NCBI GenBank assembly: GCA_001949185.1 | Contig: BDGG01000025.1 | Location: 67,522-106,349 of the forward strand | DNA from: Ramazzottius varieornatus | Lineage: Eukaryota; Animalia; Tardigrada | Length of the DNA: 38,828 bases | Direction: 5' to 3' | In this document: positions 1-11,953 of the stretch, piece by piece | Layout of the letters: every line of letters begins with the position of its first letter | How positions within the stretch are numbered: the first letter of the stretch is position 1 | Position numbers and translations under genes: made by a program | Notes under the pieces: model-generated | Told to the model about the DNA's origin: nothing | Databases searched by the model: none | Seen by the model: the letters and a program-made list of their open reading frames with translations, nothing else

Positions 1-216
1 ATTCAGAATGAGGCGATGAAGTTTTGTTGCCGTATTGCGTCACTCTGGGTACAGTCCGTACATTTACTCCCTCAGGCGTACCTCCATATTGGCGAAGCAA
101 CAATACTGACTGTTAACGGTCGATCAATTAATCAACTGGAAACCAGATATCAAGCGACTCGAAGTTGCGTTACGGTACCAAGTTCACAGGTTGTTAGGAT
201 ACGTATGAATCACAAC

Positions 217-286
217 GAAGGCAAAGTTCAGTTTAGCATGAAGGCAAAGTTCAGTTTAGCATGAAGGCAAAGTCGCGTGAAGGCAA
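217..286. repeat. Short tandem repeat, 23-bp unit GAAGGCAAAGTTCAGTTTAGCAT (2 full and 2 partial copies)
   Basis: Units start at 217 and 240, with partial copies at 263 and 279. A related AGGCAAAGTTCAG occurs near 2098. Confidence 0.75.
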
Positions 287-639
287 TGCATACCAAGCCA
301 GAGAGAATACAGTATCTGGAGGCAAACAGGAGGGACGTGTGAGGGATGGTTCGGCATCGGTTAAGACCCGAACACAGATCAAGCGTTTGAGTGGAGCTGT
401 CTTGCAGAAGAAATGCGCTGCGTGCGTTGGCAAAGCTGTCACCCGCCCCAGTCGGGTGGCATCTTGCAGTACGTGTTATGGAGAATTTTGTTGGCCGTGT
501 ACCAGGTAAGGGGTGGACTGGTGACCTATTGTTTGGCGGTAGGGAGGTCGCGAAACATGCCGAGGTGAAGCAGACTTCGAGACGTCTCGTCAAAGTAATG
601 GTATAACCAGGAAAAGCGGTAAGTTCGAAAACACAGTGA

Positions 640-1702
640 AACATTGGTCCCCTGAAAATCACAACATCGCATATTCAGAACCAAGAAATCTTGATTGAGA
701 AAATCTGGCCCGTCCGACCTCTCTTCCATCATCTCAGGGGCGATTCATGAACGAAGATTTGTCTCCATCTTTTCCTCTAGCACCTTCGCGCAGCGCTCGT
801 TCCATGAACTCTGCTCGTCCATACCGATGCTGAGAATGTGGCGGTAAGCGAGGGAGGGTCCTTTGGCTGGAGATGTTTGAGAAGTAGACTGACGAAGACA
901 AGTTTTGTCCTCGGCACGTGCGAGTTGGTCACTGAAGGCCGCTCCGAAGGCATGTGCAGAAAGTCGGCAGTCTCAGCGTAGTCAGCCGCCATTTGTGGTG
1001 GTGGTTGCCGCCATGAACAGTGTGGATACTATGGAAGGCCGAGTACTGCAGACCGTTGTCCCAGTGGGCATACGCTTGTCGTCCGCGACACTTTCGTCGC
1101 TGCTTCCGCAAAGTGCAGCGGTAAGAAGTAGCACCACGACGAGGACCACGATACCCACTGCTACACCGACGATAACGTGACTAGAGCACGGAATCTGGCC
1201 GCATGCGCTGCACTGCAGCTGTGCTGCAGCACAGCTGCAGCGCGTGAACTGACGAAATTTGTGCGGCACAGCACAGCATACAGCAGAAAGCCATAGACTA
1301 CCGCGCAGTTGCACCTACCGAAACCTAACAAAAATTACAGTTTTTGAACATTCGAACGTCAGCCGTCTCAGCTTTGCCGTACTTTAGGGCAACGTTCTCC
1401 AGGTTGACTACCGATTTCGCTGACTGAATTAAAAACCACCTCAATACATCGGCATTCCGCGCAGTTGCACCAGGTCAACGTGCATCAGCAGCACAGCTGC
1501 TTAGCCACTGGGCATGAAAGTTGTGCAGCACAGCGCAGCGTACAGCGCCCTGGTAATGTGCGCAGCACAGTTACAGCGTACTTTTGGACCTGCGGCCCAG
1601 TGCTTTAAACGTGACTTTGGGTTGGGGTAGATTGGGTGACCGTGAGATCGTCCTCGGGTTCGCCGATGATCACAACGACTAACGTTGTGTCACTTTAGGA
1701 GC
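640..1702 (-). pseudogene. Degraded 3' exon of a single-pass (type I) membrane protein, interrupted by a MITE
   Basis: Removing the 1182-1607 element and one TSD gives SDTTLVVVIIGEPEDDLTVTQSTPTQSHVIVGVAVGIVVLVVVLLLTAALCGSS (stalk plus TM helix). It is preceded by a splice acceptor (ttctttttccag). There are in-frame stops and frameshifts. The downstream boundary is approximate. Confidence 0.5.
1182..1607. mobile_element. Non-autonomous hAT-like MITE (426 bp)
   Basis: Perfect 8-bp TSD AACGTGAC at 1174-1181 and 1608-1615. Imperfect TIRs TAGAGCAC..GGCCGCA / TGCGGCCCAGTGCTTTA. Subterminal GCAGCACAGC/CTGCA repeats. Confidence 0.85.
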
Positions 1703-1777
1703 CTGGAAAAAGAACAGTTAGGATTACAAGCCAAACCCAGCGCGAAGAAAACCATGGTTGGATCACGCATTGTTCCA

Positions 1778-1834
1778 TGGGAGCTTGGTAAAGAAACGCT
1801 ACATCGTTTTCCCAAGTGGCGCATCGTTTTCCCA
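1778..1834. repeat. Partial copy of a GGGAGCT...TTCCCAAGTGGCGCA MITE family
   Basis: Shares TGGGAGCT and TTCCCAAGTGGCGCA with the copies at 10089-10213 and 11099-11202. Confidence 0.55.
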
Positions 1835-2335
1835 CTAACGTTGGAGATTTCGACTACCCTCTGAGTTCGGCTTCTGAAAGCTTTTACTGTTGTCGCCGAG
1901 GGAGGCTAAAAGGGAAGAAAACGGGAACTGGGATGATGGCAGCGCGTATCCCAAGTTCCCAACCATTGAATTACTCCCGGTGACTCAGAATACAATGCTA
2001 TAGCATTATTTCTTTCTTTTATGACCTACTTTCGCTTCTCCTCAGTCACATTCCATTCACAAGCTTGTCTCCACTAATGCTGTACTTTGCCCTTCACTAG
2101 GCAAAGTTCAGCAAAAGGGTTCAAACACAAACCTACGAACAAAACCAGCTCCGCAACGACAGCTCGTGCCCAAAAATCCCATGTTAGACCACCTGAAGTG
2201 GTTTGGCATGGGACAACATGGGGTATCAAGTCGCATGCAAGGTTGTATTACTAAGCTCTGCGAGCATTACGTAATAGCCTCACACCGAATCGGTGACAAC
2301 AATACAAACGAAACGACCCAGTCTTTCCACACCTA

Positions 2336-2695
2336 AGCTCTGTTTCACCAACGATAGACCCCAAACTTTCCAACGNNNNNNNNNNNNNNNNNNNNNNNNN
2401 NNNNNNNNNNNNNNNNNNNNNNNNNCTTGATTGACCGGAACAGCTCCGCTCCTGTACTCGGGCCTGATTTACGCGTACGACTCCGTACAGGGTCGTACAT
2501 TAAGAGAGTCAAAGATCTTATCAGTTGATCTTCCCCGGTAGCGGGATGATCGAGAGGTAATCTCAACTTTCGGGAACGGCCATTCGATGGCCGTTCGAGC
2601 TGTTTGAACGTCCAAAGCCAAATCCGGGCAGAATTGGTGTGCAGGAGACTCACCGTTTGCAAAGTCTTGGGGTCTATCGTTGGTGAAACAGAGCT
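2336..2695. mobile_element. TIR element (MITE) with TA flanks; spans an assembly gap
   Basis: ~40-bp TIR AGCTCTGTTTCACCAACGATAGACCCCAA at 2336, with its inverse ending at 2695. TA on both sides (2334-2335, 2696-2697). True length is unknown because of the N run. Confidence 0.8.
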
Positions 2696-2933
2696 TACGT
2701 ACCGCGATTCATGACATGTGTTGTCGTGCATTTGTCCGTGAGCGTCCAGACGACTGCGATGATCGTAGGTGTTCGGCTGCATTATGCGTTTCACTATTGT
2801 TCTATCAATATTTTCAGGTTCTGAGCTTCGGCCGGCACTCCCTTTGCAAATTCTACAAATCGCGGAGACCGGCTATCTGGTCAATTTGCTTGAGTAACTT
2901 CGACTAACGTTGCTCGAAAAGCGAGTCCATCTC

Positions 2934-3088
2934 CAGAGCCTGCGTAACGTACGATCAAAGCCCCGGCCGACACGGCCCTGAGTCAGCGTGCCCCTTCAGG
3001 AGAAACCTCGAACCTTGGGGGGGGGGTTGCGCACGCTGACTCAGGGCCGTGTCGACCGGGGCTTTGATCGTACGTTACGCAGGCTCTG
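2934..3088. mobile_element. Young hAT-like palindromic MITE (155 bp)
   Basis: Near-perfect TIRs of ~58 bp starting CAGAGCCTGCGTAACG. Perfect 8-bp TSD TCCATCTC at 2926-2933 and 3089-3096. Confidence 0.92.
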
Positions 3089-3463
3089 TCCATCTCAGCT
3101 TTCGACGAAATGCAGTAGTAACGTCTATGCTTCTCTAGTTTGGCTTGAAGCGGAAGCATCCGTGTTTTCTATTGATACTCGATTAGTTGATGATTATCAT
3201 CGTTTACAAAACATTTCTGCTGTGAAATCGCCGGTGATACGCAGAGCGGCAGGTTAACTCTCATCGATGAACTTCCTACCAGAAGGCAGACCGCTTATCG
3301 AATTTCAGTAAGCGTACACATGCATGTACGCGTGCCATCTTGTATATGTGCCACGGTATGGTTGTGAAGTCAAATATTGAATGTGGCTTGTTAAATTTGA
3401 CCCATTCTTATATGATCGATCAGGTTTCTCCGGTAGTGACCGTGTACTGCCGAAGTTTGCAAG

Positions 3464-4477
3464 ATGATGCAAGTCGAGACTAGAGACTTTGCGGAACTTA
3501 TGCGTCTTTTGGCGATCCATTCCCCGCATTCCCACGGTGTTTACAGCCTCGTGCGAGAAAAAGTGATAAGCCGATTTGAATGGCCTGAAGTCTCGTTCGT
3601 TGTCGACTCATTCCCAGACTTTTCGGTCTGCATAGCCCGTGCGAGCTTCAAGCGTACGCAGGTAACTCACCTAGTAGTCGTCGCATCTATTGCCTTCCAG
3701 GCTGGCGGAGACATGGAGTCTAGCTCTCAAGGTCGTCCTGGAAAAGACAAGTGGTTTTTTCCCAGGAAGTTCCGCCATTTATCAATGATGCCGGAGTGTG
3801 CATCTTTTCGAAAGACCCGAAAAAACTGCAGCGACTTTTGGACGACCCTGAATGCCTGGGCTGGGGCCGCAGGCTGTTTATCCGCGGTGCCGCATATCCG
3901 ACAGATGTACAGTTGGTCCTCAAAAAAGCCGTGAGTTTAAGGATGGAACAAACGTTTTTCAGCCCGGGTGTCTGCGTGCGGTTAACCCCCGCCCATATTG
4001 GTTTCTCGTAAGACAATATTTTCCTGAGTAGGAAACTACCCCCAGTAAGTGACCCAACAGTCGTTTTGTTCCCAGTAACGCCCTGCCTGACGAATTTCAT
4101 TTGGGAAGTTTGAAGGTGGAGCACGCCGAAAAATTTACCGCGGAGATTCCACATGGTAGTCCGAGTAACATACCCAATCTCACGCTGTTCTTCCGATACA
4201 TCATCAAACATTACCCTTCCGCGGCCATATTTCACGAAGACTGCCCCGCACCTGTTGCATACATCTCTTATCGCCCGGAAGGGTCCATCGAGGAAAAGGT
4301 TTATTCCAGATTGTTTGCTACGAGCTCTTGAAAAAGTTCCGGGAGCTGGGAGATGAGTATGGCTACGCCTACGTTTCCCCTGATAACTACGCTTCGCTGA
4401 ACGCCATGAAATCACTTGGCGGAGAGGTCGTGGAAAACTACGAAGCACTGTGGGTAGAATTCGCTCCGAAACCTTAG
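3464..4477 (+). pseudogene. Glycine N-acyltransferase-like (GLYAT/FR47-type GNAT), frameshifted
   Basis: Predicted exons 3464-3661, 3766-4007, 4076-4477. FVVDSFPDF resembles GLYAT VVDKWPDF. The C-terminal HRGKGL (GNAT motif A) and DNYASLNAMKSLG (motif B) lie in a different frame after 4285-4290. Confidence 0.75.
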
Positions 4478-4923
4478 ATTGCTGATCTTCCTGTCCCGAA
4501 CCGAGAAATGCATCAGTAGCTGATCATCACCAAGCAAAGTACGGTCTAAAAATAGCTGAAAACGACGGACGAGGAGCGAGGTCTTACTTCGCTCAGCGTA
4601 TAACTTTGTTCACCTACGTCATTTGTACGTCACAAAGCCAAAGAAGCCTGCGCATAGCTCGTGACGTATGGAGAGCAGAGTTGTACGCTGAGCAAAGTAA
4701 GACCTTGCTCCTTGTACTCTTTGTACGGTACAACTGCAACTTCAGATAACGTTGATACCTGTACAGCAGGAACACATTATTCCTTCACGAACTGTCTTAT
4801 TCTGTTCCTTCTTGCGTTTTCTTCTTTAGTTTTCGCATCCATCGTGTACCTGTACAAGAAAACTGACAGTGTATGGAAAGAAAATCAGGCAGATGAGTTT
4901 GAAAATACCTAGCCTGCTAGCGC

Positions 4924-7100
4924 TTACGAAGACGGTTTCGGTTCTCCCATGTCCTCGACCATAGTCAGCAGCTCCGCGTTACCTTCGGCTCGAAGTTTCT
5001 CCATTCCCCCCGCTTCTCTAAAGACCACAAATGAACTTTGATTATCATCAGACAAGCCGTTCGAAGTTTCGGGGCAGATTGCGTGTCAGCCAGAACAAGG
5101 AAATGCGCAGCGGTGCCCAGCATCACTTGAGAGACCAACAAGGCTTCGCAATAACCCTTCAGCAACGGAAACTGGTACAGTACTTATCAGCCGCGATGAG
5201 GAGAGGTTGGGCTAACTCTTCCGGCACCGTTTTTAAGCCGCCGTAGACAAACAACAAGAGTACCTCAACCATCTTTGAGTTCATATCGGGCAACACACAA
5301 CGACCACTTGCTGCTTCTTTGGAGTTGGGGATCAGCATGGCGGCGAAGTATCCAGAGCGAGCTCGAAGAACAGCACGATGTACATCGAACTCCTCCTCGT
5401 CTCTACAGACGACCGAAGTCAGCTCCTTCTTTTGTTCGGTACAACTTCATAAAGTCGGAAGCCATCTTGCCCTCCTGTTCAAGACTGGGGAACTCTGGCA
5501 CCGTGGGGGTGATGTACGTTGTCGATGCTTCGTGGACATACTCGAATGTCACTCGAATGTCGAGCGCATTCTGGTACAGCAAAGGAGACTCGTCGGATTT
5601 TGGATTCCAGATGCCTTCGTAGGGAATGTGAACAGAAATGCGACCACGACCATCCTTCATGGCAATTTGCTGCGTCAAGGCCATCGCTTCCTTTTGAAAA
5701 TCATCGGTTCCCTGGTAATACACTTCTTTCCCGACATCATCCAGCACACGGTAATATCGTAATCTACGTCACCCCCTCAGATTTCGCCCCACGATAGCTC
5801 ATTCGACAGAACTCGACGAGCTGAATCGAACGGTCGTATCCGTTTTTGATAAAATGCATTTTGGGAGGACCGCAGACACGAAGAAAAATGCCTGTGATTA
5901 GAGCTTAGGATGGNNNNNNNNNNNNNNNNNNNNNNNNNNNNNNNNNNNNNNNNNNNNNNNNNNTAGAGTTGCTGGAAATTTTCCATTTCCTGAATAAATC
6001 TGCGATTGGCTCAATTCGACTACTTTGTTCAGCCTCTTTACCGGTTGAATGCACGCAGTGCAAAGTTTCGTCAACCAAGCAGTCTTGTAGTTGTCCAGCG
6101 TTCGAGTGCATCCAATCAAGTTAAACGGTGACAGAACCGCTGTTTTTAGGTGCGTGTCGTCATGTTCTGATGCCCACTGCACACCTGCGCTCGACGCCTG
6201 TTCCTTCATTCGCCAAATTCGCCAAAAACTAAGAATTTCCAGCAAGTCTACTTTGCAGTCTGCATTAGAGTTGCTGGAGATTTTCATTTGACTAGTGTAT
6301 CGTTCTGTTTTGTCACGATTGTTTCTTGTCAGCGTAGAAAAGAGGGTTGCAGTTTCTTCCTCCGCATAACGTAATTTATGTGTGCTGGTGCGCGTCGGGC
6401 TGCAGTAGGTAGGTGCATGTCGTAGTTTAGTGCCGCGCTCGGCATGCGCTCCTTCATTCGCTAAATTCGCCAAAATCTGACTATTTCCAGCAACTGTACT
6501 TCGGGAAGAGATCACCACTGCAACGGAAACGTGTCTTCCGGCAAAACTAATTTCTTCCCCCTGACTCCAAAATACGTTCTACCGGAAAACGAATGCGGCT
6601 ATTCGACTCAGCTAGTCGAGATCGTTCGAATGAGCTATCAAGGGGTGAAATCTGAGGGGGTGACGTAGATTACGATTATACCCAGCACGCTACAGAAAAA
6701 AACACATTCAGCTATCTCACGTTCGTTGCGAAGATCTAATGAAGCCCAGAACTCCGTTCCTGTAGGGCTTCAGCATTCGCTTATATTCTACTCACCCGAA
6801 CTTCCATCTCACTGGGAGTGGCGTGTTGAAGCACGTGGATACTTCATCAAAGTACCTACCCCACCGAAAATTCCGTGACTTCGTGCAGACGTTCAAATGA
6901 AAATGCACCCTCCGGTGTTCGTCGTTGCGTTCGGGAACTACAGAAGAAGTACCAAGGCTACAATAGAAATCGCCAGTCATGTGGATTTCTCAGGATTCGT
7001 GGAAGGCCTCTAGCACGCCGGGATGATTCACGAACTGGAAAAAGTTGGGGATCTTCCAGTCAATCGATCCACTTGCCACTTGTGGGCATACTCCGACAAC
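4924..7100 (-). pseudogene. MATH-BTB (SPOP-like) protein pseudogene
   Basis: BTB motifs ADF..VC.DEEEFDVHRAVLRARSGYFAAML, LLIAADKY and LKGYCEALL..FLVLAD...APKLRTACL. MATH-like upstream exon (HFHLNVCTK..PVRWKFG|VLDD) with an intron at ~6690-6795. Several frameshifts and a TE at the exon start. The 5' boundary is approximate. Confidence 0.8.
5750..6682. mobile_element. Non-autonomous long-TIR DNA transposon (Merlin- or MULE-like); spans a gap
   Basis: ~100-bp imperfect TIRs beginning GGTA (shared core ATCGTAATCTACGTCACCCCCTCAGATTTC). 8-bp TSD CAGCACAC/CAGCACGC at 5742-5749 and 6683-6690. Internal direct repeats at about 5963/6266 and 6203/6452. Confidence 0.85.
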
Positions 7101-8016
7101 CATCCTCTTCGGAGGGACACTGGTGTTCATCGCAGTTCCCGCAGGCGAAATCGGCTATTAGATATCCCACATACGGAAAAACAGCTGCAAAATCTTTCAG
7201 CAAAGAAGATGGATCAGATAAGGTTGACGGGGAAGTCCAGAGTTACTGTGATCTGACTGGCAGTGACTGCGAGTTCGGGAACGAAAACAAAAACTACGAG
7301 GTGGGAAACCGGTGTCGACCCAGCGATGGACGGATGATTTACCCAGTGAAATACCGAGAGCACAGAACGGCTTCTCAAGTCAAGATCAAGTGCAGCCCAG
7401 TTTAGAGACGGCAATCAATCAATCAATGTTTTTTTTAACGCGGTTGCAGGGAGATTGTGGTATTGAGGGATTGATTGATTGATAGCTGATACCAGGCGAC
7501 CGTGGCGTCACGACTCTTCTCGCTGATTGTTGCAAGTTGATTTCGTAATCATAGCCGCTCTTCACGCACACAGTCACACTTCGCTAGTCTAGAAAAGTTT
7601 TAACACGCGTTGATTGTCTGTCAATCAACTCAAGTGACGTTTTCGCACGCTGGAGGAGTCGAAGTACGACACACTTTAGCGAATATCAGCGAGTCATAGC
7701 AGGACTTGTATCTATGCAATATGCATACGAGCCACGTGCCGATTGTGAAGATCATCGCAGTGACACGTGGGACGTATAGAGTCGTACAAGCTGCGTGGCT
7801 CTCGCACAGCAATCAGCTGTTTGTGTACGACACTCGTATGAGTCAGAACGCGCATGAATTTTGCCGGGGATAACGGGTAAAGTGGAATTAATTTTTCCAG
7901 ACTCTACGCTTCGCAGTTCACAGTTCACACTAAGTTCTTCTCTGACTCCGGAGAACAGCTGAGAAGACTTCTCTGCTTTCGCTAACGCAGTTCTCCTCGA
8001 CTGCGACGATTCTAGG

Positions 8017-11000
8017 ATGGAATCAAGGATATTCTGTGGACAACGCTCTCTGGGATACGTGTGTAACAACATTCCTCTGCAGATTCGCTACATCAAGAAA
8101 CATCGCGATACTTTTATCGTCACCGTCGTTGGCAAACGCTTCTACACTTATTCTGTAAGTCTCAGAGCCCTTGCTTCCGTCCGTTCTCCTGTACAAATCT
8201 GTTAACCCTTCGTGTGCTGACAGGCGGCCAAACTTCACCTCTACAGTATCAGCGAGTTTCATCCGACAGACATTGTCGCTCTGTCCGTCGACCCACGCTT
8301 CGTCTACACTGCCTGCAAAGACGATGTTAGAATATTCAAACGTGGTGTCGAACCTGATTTCGTCTACCCCATACGGAACGTGATTCATCTCTTACCTTTT
8401 GGAGAACTCGTAGTGGCTGTGGCCGAAAATACTCTGATCGTTTTCGCCAGAGAAAGCGGAGGTTAAGAAAAGTTGTATTTGGTCCTGATCAACTTGCGCG
8501 CTAACGTCATCCGAAGTGTGTACATTTCATAATGGTGCCATGACGTGCTGCGCAAGTTCTGAAGACTCCATAAACTAATTTTTGCGTTCGGTCAATCAAC
8601 AATCAATGCATAGTACGGTATACAACGTTCGTTACTCACTTCCGGTCAATTTTGCGTTGGTTTTTCCAGAGAAATATTTGGAAATTCCATTCGCCGAGTC
8701 ATCCTTCCGAATTACATGCCTTATTCACCCAGTAACCTACCTCAACAAGATTCTCGTTGGAAGTCAGCAAGGTTCTCTACAGCTATGGAACATCAACTCC
8801 GCTGCGAAAGTCTACGAGTTTCCTGGTTGGGGCAAAGCAGTGGCCTGTATGGAACAGAGTCCAGCCCTCGATGTCGTCGCTGTGGGCCTCGAAGGCGGCG
8901 GTATCGTTCTTCACCACTTGAAGAAAGATGTAACGATCATGACTTTCAAGCAGGAATGGGGAACCGCCACCGGAATCACCTTCCGAACAGGTAAAAACCG
9001 CGTTATGAGTGGGTAGTGTAGAAACCAGGCATCTTTGTCAGAAGCAGAATGTCAAGAAGGCATGATTTCTGTTCACGTCACCCAACTTTCGGATTTTGTT
9101 CCAGATGGACCCAGTTTGATGATTACCAGCAGCAATCTCGGTCATCTCGGTGTATGGAACTTGGAGAATCGCCTTCCCGTGGCACAGAAAGAGAACGCGC
9201 ATGCCGCTGCCATCACTGGTCTGAAATGTTTCCCCTCCGAGCAGATTTTCGCCACGTCTTCTCCGGACAACTCCCTTCGTCTGTGGATCATGGATGACAA
9301 CACGGCGGGGATGAGACTTCTGATGTTCAAAGAAGGTCACGCCGAACCACCCAACCGCATCCGCTTCTACGGTAATCGTGAAGCTAACAAACTGTGTAAT
9401 TTTGATATTCCATCGTCAAGGCCTTCGAATACATTAGGTTCGTTATTCTTATAGGTGACGAAGGGTCTGTGACCCTCAGCGCGGAAAGGTCCATAAGGTC
9501 GAATCACCTTCAAGTTGAAATGCTCAGTTTTAGCTTAGGAAGAGCTTCATTCAACAAGAAAGCAGCCAAGAAGAAAGGTGGTCTTTTGTAAATAGACCAT
9601 TTTCATTATTTCGAACGGAATTTCTGACTATTTTTTGAAGGTGTGGCAAGAGACGACAACGTTATGCCTGCCATCGTCGAGTTCGCTGCGGAAACCATGC
9701 GAGAAGGCGGTTGGGAAAGCGAGGGTGAGCACGGGAAGGAACAGGCAAATATCGTGGCCATCCACGAGGGAGTGCGACAAGTGACGACTTGGAGTTACGG
9801 CAGGAAGACCAAGTGTTCGTTCCGGTTCCTTCATCCGCGTTTCGCTAAGAACATCAAAGTTTTACCCACGGTAGTTTATTTTTCGGTTATTTTGGTGGAG
9901 TGTTTTCGTGCCGAATATGTTCCGTTTTTCAGTGCGTGGCGATCACCGTGGATGGGAATTTCTGCCTTATCGGGTACAACACCGGTCATGTGGACAGGTA
10001 TAATCTCCAGTCCGGCATACATCGGCAAGCTTATGGAAACCCACTCGGTAACTGTGTCTTGCTCTTAATGGGCCAAAGGAAGTTGGTGTGGGAGCTTAGT
10101 AAACAAACCTGACCTGATCGTCTTCCCAAGTGACGCACGTTTTTTGTCTTATTGGTTGGAAGAGTGCGCCGCTTGGGAAAACGACCTAATCAATTTTGCT
10201 TGGGGAGCTCCCATATGACCTTCTGGTTATTGATTATTGGTGGAACTAATTTCCTGTTGGTTTGTTACAGCGCATGATTTTATGGTCTCCGCCGTCTCGT
10301 CCGACAGTCTGAATGAGCAGGTTTACACCTGTGGTGGGGAGAATGAAATGAAGTTCTGGAGCTTTAGGACCGGCAGGCTCATCGCCACTTTGATGCTGAG
10401 CAGTACAGTCACTTCCATGCTGACCTACCGAGAGAAGTACGTCTTTTGTAGCTGGCAAAATTTAACGGAAAGGGAGTCAAGACAAGACAGAAAGAAAACA
10501 TTAAAACATAAATCAGAAGTAAAATACTGGTGGTTTATTTCCAGTGCAATGGCCGTGGTTGCTTTGAGCGACTTTTCTCTTCAAATCATCGACATGGACA
10601 TCCGCAGAGTAACGCGAACCTTTGCCGGCCATAAGGCTTCCATCACGGACATGGCTTTCAGTCCCGACGGTCGATGGCTGGTTTCTGCTTCCAAGGACTG
10701 TTCCATCCGCGTATGGGACCTTAGTTCTGCCAGGTAGCTTAACCCTATCACATACCTTGTTCACAAATATTCCTACTTTTCGACATTGTCGATCGAGATG
10801 TTCTATTTTTGTTCAGCTTGATAGACAGTTTCCGGACACTGACGCCCTGTGTCAGCTTGGCCTTCTCACCAACCGGCGAATATCTCGCCACAGCTCACGA
10901 GGAGGACGTGGGCGTCTTCCTGTGGACCAACAAGACTATCTACACACCCACAACGCTCACTGCCATTCCAGCAGATAGCGAACCCGAACTGCTCAGGCTA

Positions 11001-11953
11001 CCCGGAAGCACCTCACGAACAGGTAAAGCTCCTGCCTTCTGCACGGCGGAAAATCGGGGCGAAATTCCTCGGAAATATGCATTCCAAAAATAGAGTACGG
11101 GAGCTCGGCAAACGAGCTCGACCAGATGGCTTTTAGCCATATTACTGAGAAAGTGCGCCACTTGGGAAAATGATCTGCTCGACTATCCCTGTCGAGCTCC
11201 CAAACGGCTTTCGGTAGTGTTCGTCGAATCACTCATGATTTAAAATTTCATCTAGATGAAATTGTACCGATGGAGGATGAGGAAATGCCCATCGATGTCA
11301 CCTACACATCTCCCGCCCAACTGGCCGACCACCTGTTGACGCTTTCCCTTCTCCCGGACTACCGATGGAAGAACCTGGCTCAACAAGACCTCATCCGCGA
11401 GCGGAACAAGCCTCGAGAAGCCCTGAAGCTCCCCGAAAAAGCCCCGTTCTTCCTACCGACCATTCCTGGTCTTGACGGACTCAAGTTCGACCTAAGCCAG
11501 AAAGAGAACACAGCCGAATCCACTACCAAGAAGAACACCAAGAACGTTTCTAGTTTATTCGGTAACAACTCTCCTTTTTACGAAGCTCTGTTGAGAGCTG
11601 AAAGTAGTCTAAAGCCTTTTGAGATACTAGTCGAATTATCGCCGTCGAGTGTGGAGACGGAAATGAGGAGGTTGTCACCGGAGAGTGGCGGTTCAGTGAA
11701 AGCCCTGGAAGGCTTCCTGAGGTGCGCGAGTGCGGCTGTCCAGGATGGACGGAATGGAGAGCTGGTTCAAAGTTACATTGACTTGTTCTTCAAGCTTCAT
11801 GGAACGTGTCTAGCGGACGAAGCGGTTAGCGAAAGGGTGGTGGACCTGGTGAAAGACCTGAGAAGTAAAGTGAGCGAGAGCGCGACGAATTTGGAGAATT
11901 TGTTAGATCAATCGTTGAACGTTGTGCTTTTTCTCAAACATGTGGCTTCGTAG
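8017..11953 (+). CDS. WDR36: WD repeat-containing protein 36 / UTP21 (SSU processome), about 11 exons
   Basis: N-terminus SRIFCGQRSLGYVCNNIP; HPVTYLNKILVGSQQGSLQLWN; GHKASITDMAFSPDGRWLVSASKDCSIRVWD; Utp21 C-terminal LLTLSLLP..RWKNL...IRERNKP...PEKAPFFLPT. Canonical GT-AG introns. Confidence 0.96.
10089..10213. mobile_element. Palindromic MITE in a WDR36 intron
   Basis: Ends TGGGAGCT / AGCTCCCA, with internal inverted TTCCCAAGTGACGCAC / GTGCGCCGCTTGGGAA. Confidence 0.65.
11099..11202. mobile_element. Second copy of the same MITE family, in the last WDR36 intron
   Basis: GGGAGCTCGGC ... GTGCGCCACTTGGGAAAA ... GTCGAGCTCCC. Confidence 0.6.

Noticed and set aside
3720-4448. 242-aa minus-strand ORF
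   Set aside because: It is the antisense shadow of the GLYAT-like gene and has no motifs of its own.
5898-6518. 206-aa ORF inside the long-TIR element
   Set aside because: It crosses an N gap and internal repeats, and has no transposase motifs.
7414-7483. Inverted (ATCA)n / (TGAT)n pair
   Set aside because: Low complexity, no TSD, and AATCAA/TTGATT is common across the window.
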